In this document: positions 9,952 through 19,471 of the stretch, piece after piece
Position numbering within the stretch: position 1 is the stretch's first letter
How the letters are laid out: each line of letters opens with the position of its first letter
DNA from: Sedimentisphaerales bacterium
Lineage (GTDB): Bacteria; Planctomycetota; Phycisphaerae; Sedimentisphaerales; SM23-30
Direction: 5' to 3' (one strand)
Assembly: GCA_963666285.1 (NCBI GenBank)
Contig: OY762712.1
DNA: 64,000 bases
Program-made: the position numbers and the translations under genes
Notes under the pieces: generated by a model
Told to the model about the DNA's origin: nothing
Seen by the model: only the letters and a program-made list of their open reading frames with translations
Database searches by the model: none

Positions 9952-10812
9952 TTACTGTTTATTTGGACTGGATTGGGTCTTTTTGAACGCTGCTTCAAGC
10001 TGTTCGACGGTTTTACCTTGTGCCTTTGGACTGGTTAAAAATGACTCCCATTTTTTCGTATCACCTTTAAACGGGTCAAAACCAAGCTTTTTGATAAGGT
10101 TGTCTTTAGTAGGTACAGAACCAGGGTCAGGACTTGCCATCTCAACCAGTACATTACCGCTGGTGCGATCATATTTCTGCTGAAATCTATCTACATATTC
10201 ACGCAGCTTAGACCGCTTGGCGGCATAATCTCCGATTTTGTTATATTCATCCAGTGCATCATTATCATAACCATCGAATGTATCGCCAATATCCGGCAGC
10301 CATGAAGTCCATTTATTGCGATTATCTTCTCGAATGGAACTGTGCATTTCTTCATTGAAACTGCCATCTTCGTTATACCATTGATCGGCTGTTCCAGGAC
10401 CGCCCCATCCTTCTGGAACCGCTGCCTGCATCTGAGATTCCACCCCGGCAAGCTGCTCCTGGGCATATTCATACATTGAAAGTTCCGCTTTACTGGGAGT
10501 ACCGCTATTGGAATATTCAAAACCGCTGGTATCAATACCTAACTGAGTTCCCAATGACCTGAAATTCTCGAACTCTTCCGGGCTTCTGGCAGACATAGCT
10601 AACTGGGCAAACTTCATCATACTGTCCTGTTTGGCCTGTTTTTCCTGGAATGCAATTTGTTCCTGCTGTAATTTCTGCTGATCTTTATATCTTTTATCCT
10701 GCTGAGCCTGTCTATCTGCCTGGATAAGCGTATCACCTGCCTTACTCATCCCGGCAGCGAGTGCTGCACTTCTGGGGTCTATCCCCCTATGTATAACCTG
10801 CATCTGTGGCAT
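9952..10812 (-). CDS. hypothetical virion-associated protein (Gln/Lys-rich N-terminal half)
   Basis: 286-aa ORF between the ejection-type protein and the giant gene. Same strand with tight spacing. Confidence 0.6.
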   Translation of the reverse strand: MPQMQVIHRGIDPRSAALAAGMSKAGDTLIQADRQAQQDKRYKDQQKLQQEQIAFQEKQAKQDSMMKFAQLAMSARSPEEFENFRSLGTQLGIDTSGFEYSNSGTPSKAELSMYEYAQEQLAGVESQMQAAVPEGWGGPGTADQWYNEDGSFNEEMHSSIREDNRNKWTSWLPDIGDTFDGYDNDALDEYNKIGDYAAKRSKLREYVDRFQQKYDRTSGNVLVEMASPDPGSVPTKDNLIKKLGFDPFKGDTKKWESFLTSPKAQGKTVEQLEAAFKKTQSSPNKQ

Positions 10813-10840
10813 ATTATATTTCTCCTCAAAATAACTGTGT

Positions 10841-12982
10841 TTATGCTGTTACCGCCGCAACTTGTGTTTCGCCCATATAGCCATTCATCAAACCCAACAG
10901 CGAAGCCATATCCAGACCACCGGTATTACTCTGGAACCAGTTTGCCATAGCCGTATCAAGAGATGCCTGGTCCTGAACCTGCTCCATACCATATAACTGC
11001 CATAAAATCGCCAGAGTATTAGCTTCCTGCATGTCAAGGTCAGCATTCATCATGGCATCAGTCCACTTGGCATTATTAAATACCTGATCTGTCAAAGCCT
11101 GGGTATAGTCAGTTGAAGCCTTCTGGCTACGCAATGTTTCCGGCAATGAAGCGAGCGACATCATACTCTGGGCCGCTGTCAGGCCACGATTGGCATGTGT
11201 CTCTTTCATCTGTGTGATATAATCCGACCGGCTCGATGCAAGTTCATCTTCCAGTTCAGATCGGGCAGCTCCCACTGTTTTAGTTGCCTGAGAGCCAAAC
11301 AGATCATCATCCCCGAACTGCTGATAAACATCTGCTACCGTTTCATTATTGAATTTCTCGATAGTTGGGTCATAGATACTCTTATCGAAACCTTCGTTAG
11401 CCGCATCAGAGTCAAAGGAATCCGTATATTCACTTAACGCCTGTGATATTGTTTCAAGGTAATGGTCACTACCAACTGAAGTATCAATCGGGGTTTCTAC
11501 CTGAGACCAGATACCATCTTCACCCTGACTGTATTTAGATGGGTCAACTATCCAGTTGCCGCTACTGTCACGGGTAAGATCATCGGCTGTAATTTCGGTA
11601 GTTCCCAGACCGGAGAGGTAATCCTGCTGGGACTGCTGATCGGTTAGATAGTCATTTACCGCTGTGTCCATACCAGCGAGAATATCATCACCGGCGGCAA
11701 GTTTCCAATCGCCGGTAGTTGCATCCCAGGACATGCCCTGATTTTTTAATACTCCACTGTTATAACTGTCCAGATAGTCGTTAAAGCCGCTATAGTCACT
11801 GCCAAGCCGTTCCATGATACTGGCTCGCAACTCTTCATTATCACTGGTTTTCTGCTGCTGATTGTTATAATAATTATCAAATTCACTAAAAACAGCATCC
11901 ATCGAGCCATCTGTATATTGGAAGGGATTTTCAAAGCCAAGTTTACCAGTCGCAGTATCATAGCCAAGTGTCTTATTAGAGTCATAATACTTATTTAGAT
12001 CGCTGTCGTTATACCATTTCTCAAAAGCGGCAGATTTATCAGAATCATACTGACCGATAGTATTATCGAGATATGGGTTAGTCTCAGAGGTTTCCAGGCT
12101 ATCCAGCCATTTGCCATACTCATCCATATAGTTTTTAGCTGAACCATAGCCAGGTAATTTCCACACCCCGGAATTTTCCTTATATAACATATTGTCGGAA
12201 CCGCCTTTATTGTTCCATTTTTCATACCAGGACCATTCATTTTTATTTTTCGGCGTTTTTGTCTGGTTGCCACCACGACCGCTTACATTATAGCCACCAG
12301 TTTTATAATCCTCCATATACTGATTATAAGAATCATCCAGATAGCTGTTAAAAGCACCCATAACATCATCATCCGGTTTTACACCGCTGGTATATTGATT
12401 CAACTGGTCCGGGTCATACCACTTATCACCAACCTTATAATGAGGTGTAATTGTGCCACCTGCCGCCATACCAACATCAGCTCCCATCTGCTTTTTAACC
12501 GCCTCAGATTTAGCCTGTGCGGATTCCGGGTCTTTAAGACTGTTTGGGTTAGGCTCTACAACTACAGTACCATCAGCGGCAACATGTAATTTCTCAGGAC
12601 CATCTTCACCTACAACAATAGTATCACCAGGCCCGGCGACAGCTCCCAAAGCGGCATAATGAACCCCCGGAGTCTCTCCCGGTCTGGAATAGCCGCCCAT
12701 CCTTGCACCGATCTGGTCAGCTTTATCTAATATCCCCTTCTGCCGGTCGGTCAAACCCGCTAACTTACGCTGAGGCGCATTTTTCAGCTTATTCATTATC
12801 GGGTCCATACTCTCGATCTTACCACGACTGTTACGGGTAACACCCTGGATAAAATCAAATAGCTGACGATTGATTACTTTTTGCTCCTTCGATAACGTAC
12901 TTGTACGATGTACATCTGCACCTTTCTGTAATAAAGGTGATGCTGCCTGCATCGCTGCACCTGCTAAAGCCATCCAACTCAT
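10841..12982 (-). CDS. internal virion/ejection or tape-measure-like protein
   Basis: 713-aa ORF. It has a VVGEDGPEK motif (nt 12593-12613) of the GE-x-GPE type seen in tape-measure/ejection proteins. The central region is rich in Tyr, Trp, Asp and Asn. Confidence 0.55.
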   Translation of the reverse strand: MSWMALAGAAMQAASPLLQKGADVHRTSTLSKEQKVINRQLFDFIQGVTRNSRGKIESMDPIMNKLKNAPQRKLAGLTDRQKGILDKADQIGARMGGYSRPGETPGVHYAALGAVAGPGDTIVVGEDGPEKLHVAADGTVVVEPNPNSLKDPESAQAKSEAVKKQMGADVGMAAGGTITPHYKVGDKWYDPDQLNQYTSGVKPDDDVMGAFNSYLDDSYNQYMEDYKTGGYNVSGRGGNQTKTPKNKNEWSWYEKWNNKGGSDNMLYKENSGVWKLPGYGSAKNYMDEYGKWLDSLETSETNPYLDNTIGQYDSDKSAAFEKWYNDSDLNKYYDSNKTLGYDTATGKLGFENPFQYTDGSMDAVFSEFDNYYNNQQQKTSDNEELRASIMERLGSDYSGFNDYLDSYNSGVLKNQGMSWDATTGDWKLAAGDDILAGMDTAVNDYLTDQQSQQDYLSGLGTTEITADDLTRDSSGNWIVDPSKYSQGEDGIWSQVETPIDTSVGSDHYLETISQALSEYTDSFDSDAANEGFDKSIYDPTIEKFNNETVADVYQQFGDDDLFGSQATKTVGAARSELEDELASSRSDYITQMKETHANRGLTAAQSMMSLASLPETLRSQKASTDYTQALTDQVFNNAKWTDAMMNADLDMQEANTLAILWQLYGMEQVQDQASLDTAMANWFQSNTGGLDMASLLGLMNGYMGETQVAAVTA

Positions 12983-13048
12983 ATTCTGCTTCCTTTACTA
13001 TACATAGTCCGGTTACTTTACCGGCTCATAAACCCATTTAACAAAAAA

Positions 13049-15289
13049 CTATTTCCAAGCGAAAATCCTGATATCTGACGGATCAGCAACACCACCCCAA
13101 TTACCTGTACTGCCGCCAGGTTCTGTAGAAAACTGATATGTAGGATTACTGCCATCTATACCAAAATATATATACGATGATGTTACCTTATACACCGCTG
13201 CCCCATAATCACCGCCATGCACCGAATTTGCTTCATTTACTATTTCCGGGCTGGCGTGTGATCTTACATACAGCTTAAAATATGTAGGTACTACACCAAG
13301 GCCATGACTTACTTTATATGAATAGTTACTGACTAGCCCTGTACCAGATGCATTTACAGAAGCAATTCCACTGGATGAACTATTAAGCCAGCCACTATCG
13401 AAAAACTTACTGGATACAGAACCGTTCCCGGAAAACTTCAATGCCGCCGGGTGAATTGTATTTGATGATTCTATTGTGCAATTTCTTATGTAGGTTTTAT
13501 TGTAGCCGTCTATATAAGTGTTTCCATTGGTACTGCCACAATATAATAGAAAAGACATCACCCAACTGCCCGTACCATATTTACTACTGACTGATAAACC
13601 ACCAGGCGCCAGCCTTAACAGTGTATCTCTCGATGTTGATGTGCTGGAATTACGTATCTGGGCGGCATCGACAATAGCGGCTGATATCTCTATAATATCC
13701 TTATAACTGCTCTTATCATCTTCCATATACAGTTTACCGTCAGTTACATTGAAGTATGCCGTATTACTGCCTAAGAAACCCTCATCCACCCGTACAACAA
13801 CTCTGGTTGTATAGGCTGAATCTTCATAGACGGTATAACAGTGTATATACCTGTCAGATGCTTCAGTACCACCGGTACCAACGTAGAAATATCCCTTCTG
13901 CTGACCATTTACGGTATTCATCCCTAAAAACGCAGGCCATTGGTTAGCACTCGTATCGAAGAAACCAACGCCATTATGCCAGATATAACAGCCGGTAGAA
14001 TTAGCATCACTCCAGGTCTGACCAATATCGTTTGCGGCGATAATATCGTTTATCTTCTGATAACTACTGACATCCGGGATAGCATTATCAACATAAGTTG
14101 TAGTGGCATATCCTGCCAGACTGGGAATTGCATCATCTACATACGATTCAGTTGCATAACCTGACAAATCTGGGATAGAATCATCCACATAGGTCTCTGT
14201 CGCATACCCAGATAGAGAATTGCTTATCTTGGTATTTACCTCAGAAGCGGTATCATAACTATTTAATGTACTGGAAAGTTCGCTGCCGGTAACATAATCG
14301 GTAAGAGTTATCGATATCTGACCATCGGTAATGGTAGTATTATATACCCTGTCTTTGAGCAACACCCAACCAGAGCCATTAAACTGATACCTCTGGCCCG
14401 TTACATAATTATGGTTATCATAAGTGAAATCATCATTTATATGGACAATATCACCGGTAAGCGGTGTATCGGGCATATCATCGGCACTCTCGGCAATGAA
14501 ATTACTGATCTTATTAGCTATCATCTGCCAGTTGCCACCGTTATATTGATACATTCGACCGGCATCAAAAATATCGAAACTTGTATCAACATAAATGATA
14601 TAGCCATCAGTTGGATTTGCCGGCAATTCAGATATGTCTGATACATTACTGGAAAACTGCTGCTGACCGACAAGCTGCCAGCCGGCAGCGGTATAGCTGT
14701 AAACTGAACCTTTAGTATAGGTATCATCACCAACAGTAAAATCTGATTCAATATACAACATATCGCCAATCTTAGGCTCATCGGGCATATCAGATGCTTC
14801 ATTAGCTATCAGAATATTCTGCCGGTTGCCTATCTCCTGCCAGTTTTCACCATCAAAACTATAAACCTCCCCTTTTTGATAAATACCAAAATCCGCTGTT
14901 ATATAAATTAGATCGCCAATATCAGGATCTTCTGGCATCTCAGCTAAGCTTGCCGCAAAAGTTGATATTATCCCGGTCGCTTCTGTAGTAAATACCAGAG
15001 AGTTATTTTCCGGGTCAATAGTAATTGAACCGGCACCCGAAGATGAAAGTACAAGACTGCCCCCTGTCCCGGCTGATGTGATAACGCTGCCATCTTCTGT
15101 TATCATCTCGGTAAAGCCCAGTTGAGCCTGGATACGACTGCGCCTGCCGAAATCTGCCAGACCATCGTGTATCCGGTTCATTTGAGCTACAATCCTGTCC
15201 AGATATTCTTCCAGCGGTTCACCTGGCTGTCTGTATTCGATCTTAGATGCAGGAAGCATACGATCAATATGTAACCCTAAATCGGCCAT
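13049..15289 (-). CDS. tail fiber protein
   Basis: 746 aa. Four tandem ~45-aa repeats (P-[ED]-x-P-x-x-G-D-[LMI]-x-Y-I ... G-x-W-Q). Three consecutive GYAT-x-x-YVD-x-x-IP repeats typical of phage fibers. Start overlaps the terS stop. Confidence 0.75.
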   Translation of the reverse strand: MADLGLHIDRMLPASKIEYRQPGEPLEEYLDRIVAQMNRIHDGLADFGRRSRIQAQLGFTEMITEDGSVITSAGTGGSLVLSSSGAGSITIDPENNSLVFTTEATGIISTFAASLAEMPEDPDIGDLIYITADFGIYQKGEVYSFDGENWQEIGNRQNILIANEASDMPDEPKIGDMLYIESDFTVGDDTYTKGSVYSYTAAGWQLVGQQQFSSNVSDISELPANPTDGYIIYVDTSFDIFDAGRMYQYNGGNWQMIANKISNFIAESADDMPDTPLTGDIVHINDDFTYDNHNYVTGQRYQFNGSGWVLLKDRVYNTTITDGQISITLTDYVTGSELSSTLNSYDTASEVNTKISNSLSGYATETYVDDSIPDLSGYATESYVDDAIPSLAGYATTTYVDNAIPDVSSYQKINDIIAANDIGQTWSDANSTGCYIWHNGVGFFDTSANQWPAFLGMNTVNGQQKGYFYVGTGGTEASDRYIHCYTVYEDSAYTTRVVVRVDEGFLGSNTAYFNVTDGKLYMEDDKSSYKDIIEISAAIVDAAQIRNSSTSTSRDTLLRLAPGGLSVSSKYGTGSWVMSFLLYCGSTNGNTYIDGYNKTYIRNCTIESSNTIHPAALKFSGNGSVSSKFFDSGWLNSSSSGIASVNASGTGLVSNYSYKVSHGLGVVPTYFKLYVRSHASPEIVNEANSVHGGDYGAAVYKVTSSYIYFGIDGSNPTYQFSTEPGGSTGNWGGVADPSDIRIFAWK

Positions 15290-15861
15290 TATTCGGTGGA
15301 CTCCTCCCCTATCTGCGTTGCCATTTGCAGCATTTCAGTTAGCCGTTTAGCTCTTTCTGCCGGTGTAAGATCGATGATATCATCTCTTATAAGCTGTTTA
15401 CCGCCACTGGTAATATCAACCTTATTACCATAGACATCAGGCATACGTGATTGCAGATACAGTCTCATCGCCGGTACATCAGGTGGACAGTGCATTTTTT
15501 TGGTAACTTTCTTGGTTTTAGTAGTGTCAATAACCTCACCTGTTTTAGTTACCACCTGATCATCGATTGTTTCAGAGTGTTCTTCCTCATAATCGTAGCC
15601 TAAACAGCGGTCGATAAGTTTGCGTTCGATCTTCTCGGTAGCAAACTCACGTTCACCTTTCAATACCGCCTGTCGAAATTCGGGTTTTTCCTTTCTCCAT
15701 CGCATCCAGGTACGATATGAAATACCCATCGCATCACAGGCATCTTTTACCGACCAGCCAAGCTTCAGGAACTTGGTAGCCTGGGAAGGCATAACCTTAT
15801 CACAATATTTCTCATGTGCTACAGGTTCAGTTTTTTTACTTGTCACTTTCTTTTTTGCCAT
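15289..15861 (-). CDS. terS: terminase small subunit
   Basis: 190 aa. HTH region (GWSVKDACDAMGISYRTWMRWRKEKPEFRQAV) and C-terminal PPDVPAMRLYLQSRMPDVYGNK resemble terS families. The gene is coupled 1 nt (TAATG) to terL. Confidence 0.65.
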   Translation of the reverse strand: MAKKKVTSKKTEPVAHEKYCDKVMPSQATKFLKLGWSVKDACDAMGISYRTWMRWRKEKPEFRQAVLKGEREFATEKIERKLIDRCLGYDYEEEHSETIDDQVVTKTGEVIDTTKTKKVTKKMHCPPDVPAMRLYLQSRMPDVYGNKVDITSGGKQLIRDDIIDLTPAERAKRLTEMLQMATQIGEESTE

Positions 15862-17726
15862 TAGTAATAGTCATCCTCATCATCTTCATAGTGATCCGCA
15901 GGATGCCAGCGTCCCTCACAGCCGCCAATTACCATATCAGGTGCAAAACCACTATTATCATCTGTATTAGTTGCCGCTACCGTCCCCCTGTGTGCTGCCA
16001 GATGTAATAACATCTGGATAGCTATAAGCAGACTTATCACATCATCATCATGCTCACCGTCTGGATGGGTTGGCTTACCATTTTTATCAAATCGCCAAGC
16101 CGCTGCCTGTGAAATCGTCTGCCAGCAGTTGATCTTGACCATATTATCACGTATCCAATGCTGACCATCTGACACCATCATGGCACGAGATATCTTATCA
16201 GTACACCATCCTACCTTCTTTGTAGGTTTATCAGTCTCGGTATCATATATTTCACGGGTATATAAATTGGGATATTCCAGTCGCAATAAACCAGACCTCA
16301 CCGCACCACCGGAAGTATTATTAACTTCAAAGCCAAGCAAGGCGTTATTATAGAATCGGCCCAGCATATCCAATTGACAGGCATATAAATCAGGGTCAAA
16401 CCGCCCTTCAAGCTTCGCTACCATTTCACGGGTATCAGCACGCAAAACAGTTGCAGAATGACTATCCGGGTCTTTTGTTTCGGTTGGGTCCAGACCTTCG
16501 GAAGTGTCAGCTCCTATCACATAATCAATACCTATCAGCGGCATTTCCCATATTTTTAGCCACGGATATGGGTTTTCCGGCTGCTGGTCCAGGACAATAT
16601 CAGGTGCGGTCTTGGGCGGCCTTACACCATTAGTAATAGTAGAATCTGTAAACTGACCTTTTTTAAGCAGCGACTTACAACGCTTGTGCATCTGCTGAAG
16701 GATACCGGCATTAAATACCGGCCTGCCGGAAACCAGAAAGGCTTCATTATCACAACTGGGATATTCCTGTTTGAACTTATCCAGATCGCTCTGGCATTTA
16801 CCGGTGATAGTTTCCCTACGCCATTGTAGTTGTTCATCTGTCAGATCGTATAATTCTGCCAGTTCCTGTTCATTACCATAGACCGAATGTTCATAGTTGG
16901 TACGCTTAAAATCAACCGGAATCGGCGATTTATAATCCTCAAAGACATGCCACGGCAGAAATACCGCAATCCATTCTGTTTGGCCTTTGGGAAGTGTTAC
17001 AAACTTATTATCCGGGTCGAAACTGGTAGCACTGCACCACATATCATAAAATGTACCACCCAGACCATTTGCCGTACTTTCCAGAACTACACAAGTATCA
17101 GGTGTCATATTAGCATCCGGTACAGACTGCATAACGGCATTAAGACATTCACCGGCAAAAGGCCAAAAAGCCACCTCAGAGCCATGTATATAGTGGTTAG
17201 TACTTCCACGACCAAGTTCCGGGTTTCCTGCCGTCTGAACGGCGATAAGGGAATTATGCGGGCTTTGATATTCTATTTCCCGGCGGTTATTATACTTCTC
17301 GCTCCTGCGATACGGGTTAGCATCCTGCATCTGCTTAACCCTGCGAAATATATCGATAGAACTTTCCTGTTTATGGGCAACTATCATCGCCCGGCGATTG
17401 GCTTTTGTATTTATATCACAGAAGGAATCGGCAGAAGCTTCGGTTGTTATACCCATCTGCCTGGCTTTAAGAATAATCATCTTAATAGGCAGTCCAGCCG
17501 ACCGGAGCCTGTGCTTTACCTTCTGTACGATAATCTGGGCCTTATTAAGACGTAAAGGTATTTGCTTGCCCTCTTTATCGGTTATCAGGCAATGCACAGG
17601 AATCCAGTTAGCCGGTTCTGCCAATAACAGTTCTTCCAGCCGGGCCGCCATTGTGGGGTCTTTGGCAATCTCCTCAATTGCTTCCGGGTTTATCTGGGAG
17701 CTGATTTTGTCGGTTAAAGCTACCAA
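15861..17726 (-). CDS. terL: terminase large subunit
   Basis: 621 aa. ILKARQMGITT Walker-A-like motif and a C-terminal nuclease-type acidic motif (GEHDDDVISLLIA). TTG start preceded by AAGAGG. Confidence 0.85.
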   Translation of the reverse strand: MVALTDKISSQINPEAIEEIAKDPTMAARLEELLLAEPANWIPVHCLITDKEGKQIPLRLNKAQIIVQKVKHRLRSAGLPIKMIILKARQMGITTEASADSFCDINTKANRRAMIVAHKQESSIDIFRRVKQMQDANPYRRSEKYNNRREIEYQSPHNSLIAVQTAGNPELGRGSTNHYIHGSEVAFWPFAGECLNAVMQSVPDANMTPDTCVVLESTANGLGGTFYDMWCSATSFDPDNKFVTLPKGQTEWIAVFLPWHVFEDYKSPIPVDFKRTNYEHSVYGNEQELAELYDLTDEQLQWRRETITGKCQSDLDKFKQEYPSCDNEAFLVSGRPVFNAGILQQMHKRCKSLLKKGQFTDSTITNGVRPPKTAPDIVLDQQPENPYPWLKIWEMPLIGIDYVIGADTSEGLDPTETKDPDSHSATVLRADTREMVAKLEGRFDPDLYACQLDMLGRFYNNALLGFEVNNTSGGAVRSGLLRLEYPNLYTREIYDTETDKPTKKVGWCTDKISRAMMVSDGQHWIRDNMVKINCWQTISQAAAWRFDKNGKPTHPDGEHDDDVISLLIAIQMLLHLAAHRGTVAATNTDDNSGFAPDMVIGGCEGRWHPADHYEDDEDDYY

Positions 17727-17865
17727 CTCTCTTATCTATCCTCTTTCGCTGCTGAATACAGTCATAACATTCGTAATACACCTGGCCGGTTATCCGTTCG
17801 ATTTTCGACCACCATCCATACCTGCCGCAATAGCGGCAAGGGTATTTTGAAACTGAAAAATTCAT
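17674..17865 (-). CDS. small zinc-ribbon protein (CxxC...CxxC)
   Basis: 63 aa with CRYCG and CYDC pairs. It overlaps the terL start by 53 nt, so one of the two boundaries is uncertain. Confidence 0.4.
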   Translation of the reverse strand: MNFSVSKYPCRYCGRYGWWSKIERITGQVYYECYDCIQQRKRIDKRVGSFNRQNQLPDKPGSN

Positions 17866-17923
17866 TATAAATTAATATTTCAAGGTCATTAAAAATAGCA
17901 CCAATTAAAAGTACCAAGGGTAC

Positions 17924-19471
17924 TCAGGTAATCTCTGTCCAAATCCGGCCAAGTTTGATCTGGCCGTTATAAGTTTTACATTGAAACAAAAAGCGAACCT
18001 TGTATTGATGACCGGTATCAAGGTTCAACTCATACCGGTTCCAGCCTTCGGTAACAGTTACCGGAGTAATATCATTAAAATCACCGTATTGTTCTGTACT
18101 ATCAGCAGACCATCCAACCTGCAACTGGACATTACCATCCGACCAGGCTTCAAAAAACATCTTTCTAACTCGCTGGGTACTGGAAATATCTGATATATAA
18201 TCACCGGTAACAGCATAAGCGTTGATATATTCACCAATATCACTGTTAGCCTCTCTGTCAAATGTCAGTACCAGATTTTGAGATCCAAATACCCGTCCCT
18301 CTCTATCACAACAGCAGATAGAATGACCAGGCTTCCAGACCTGCCAGACATCGGTTCGGTAAAAATAAACATACATCGTCCTGGGCCATTGTTCCGAACC
18401 GGTCGGTACGGCAAAGAAAACAGCGTCCAGTTCCCGAATTTCACCGGCAAAGATACGTTCTTTATATGGGATGTTAATAGTCCCAAATAGATTAGACTCT
18501 ATCTTTTTGCCAATCCAATCAGGTTCTACCCCGCCTCTATTAACATAAATTCGATTATCAGCACCCAGATAGAAATGACCGGTATCAGTAACAGCAAGTG
18601 CATTTGCAGCATACAGGCCACGACCATTAACATCAATGAACCGTATAGGTGCTGTCACACTCTGGGTAGCATATCCTGCCCGGATACCATTATCGCAATA
18701 GATATACAAGGTATCACCCAATACCGCCATATTCATAATTATACTGGAATCGGCGATTGTATGGTCATAACCGGCTGTACTATTGAAATCTGCATCATTC
18801 CAATCATCAGGACTATCGAATTTTCTTCGCTGCGACCAGCGTAATCTGTAAGGTAATGCGGTCCACTGCCCTGCCGAGGTCATTTCATACGTACCACCGA
18901 GGAACACCCTGCCGTCAAATACACACATACACTTGGTTCTATGCTGATTCTGCGGGCTTGCCAAAGCCGCTGCATAATGGCTTGCATCAAATACACCATC
19001 TTCCAACGAATATGGATACTCACTGTTTGGGTCATAATAGGCAAAATTATAGCCTAAAGCCCCGCCAAGCGGTGCCGGACTGGATAGAACATTACCGGAA
19101 TCAACCTGCATATACAGGACAACATCATCACTTTCAGCCGATGTTATCACCCGGTCATGGCCGGTCAACTGATAGAGATAATATCTCTGGTAGTCACTGG
19201 CTGTTATCTGTTCAGAGATAATACGGCGATCATCACCAGCGGTAAGCTCTATTGACACCTGACCACCCGATTTACGATCTATCAGTTCATCAACAGCAGC
19301 GACCCGACCGGAAATGCCATTAGCTGTATAGCCATGTCTGCGAGTTAATATCCCGTCAGAACCGACAATCCAATCTCTTCCGGCTGCCATCTCTATTGTT
19401 GATAACTGATCTCTCGGCCTACCGTAGTTAACACCGCCAACCAGCCCTAATATGTTAATAGCACTGGTCAT
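17924..19471 (-). CDS. virion structural protein (tail/adsorption apparatus candidate)
   Basis: 515-aa ORF whose start overlaps the stop of the tailspike gene by 1 nt (both at 19471). No motif recognised. Confidence 0.55.
   Translation of the reverse strand: MTSAINILGLVGGVNYGRPRDQLSTIEMAAGRDWIVGSDGILTRRHGYTANGISGRVAAVDELIDRKSGGQVSIELTAGDDRRIISEQITASDYQRYYLYQLTGHDRVITSAESDDVVLYMQVDSGNVLSSPAPLGGALGYNFAYYDPNSEYPYSLEDGVFDASHYAAALASPQNQHRTKCMCVFDGRVFLGGTYEMTSAGQWTALPYRLRWSQRRKFDSPDDWNDADFNSTAGYDHTIADSSIIMNMAVLGDTLYIYCDNGIRAGYATQSVTAPIRFIDVNGRGLYAANALAVTDTGHFYLGADNRIYVNRGGVEPDWIGKKIESNLFGTINIPYKERIFAGEIRELDAVFFAVPTGSEQWPRTMYVYFYRTDVWQVWKPGHSICCCDREGRVFGSQNLVLTFDREANSDIGEYINAYAVTGDYISDISSTQRVRKMFFEAWSDGNVQLQVGWSADSTEQYGDFNDITPVTVTEGWNRYELNLDTGHQYKVRFLFQCKTYNGQIKLGRIWTEIT

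Noticed and set aside
16887-17850. Plus-strand ORFs of 222 and 150 aa inside terL
   Set aside because: They are antisense to a gene with clear terminase motifs, and their translations are low-complexity with no RBS.
17908-17923. AGTACC-AAG-GGTACT hairpin resembling the CAGTACCC/GGGTACTG element
   Set aside because: The stem is only 6 bp and is built around a GGTACC-like palindrome, which is too short to claim relatedness.
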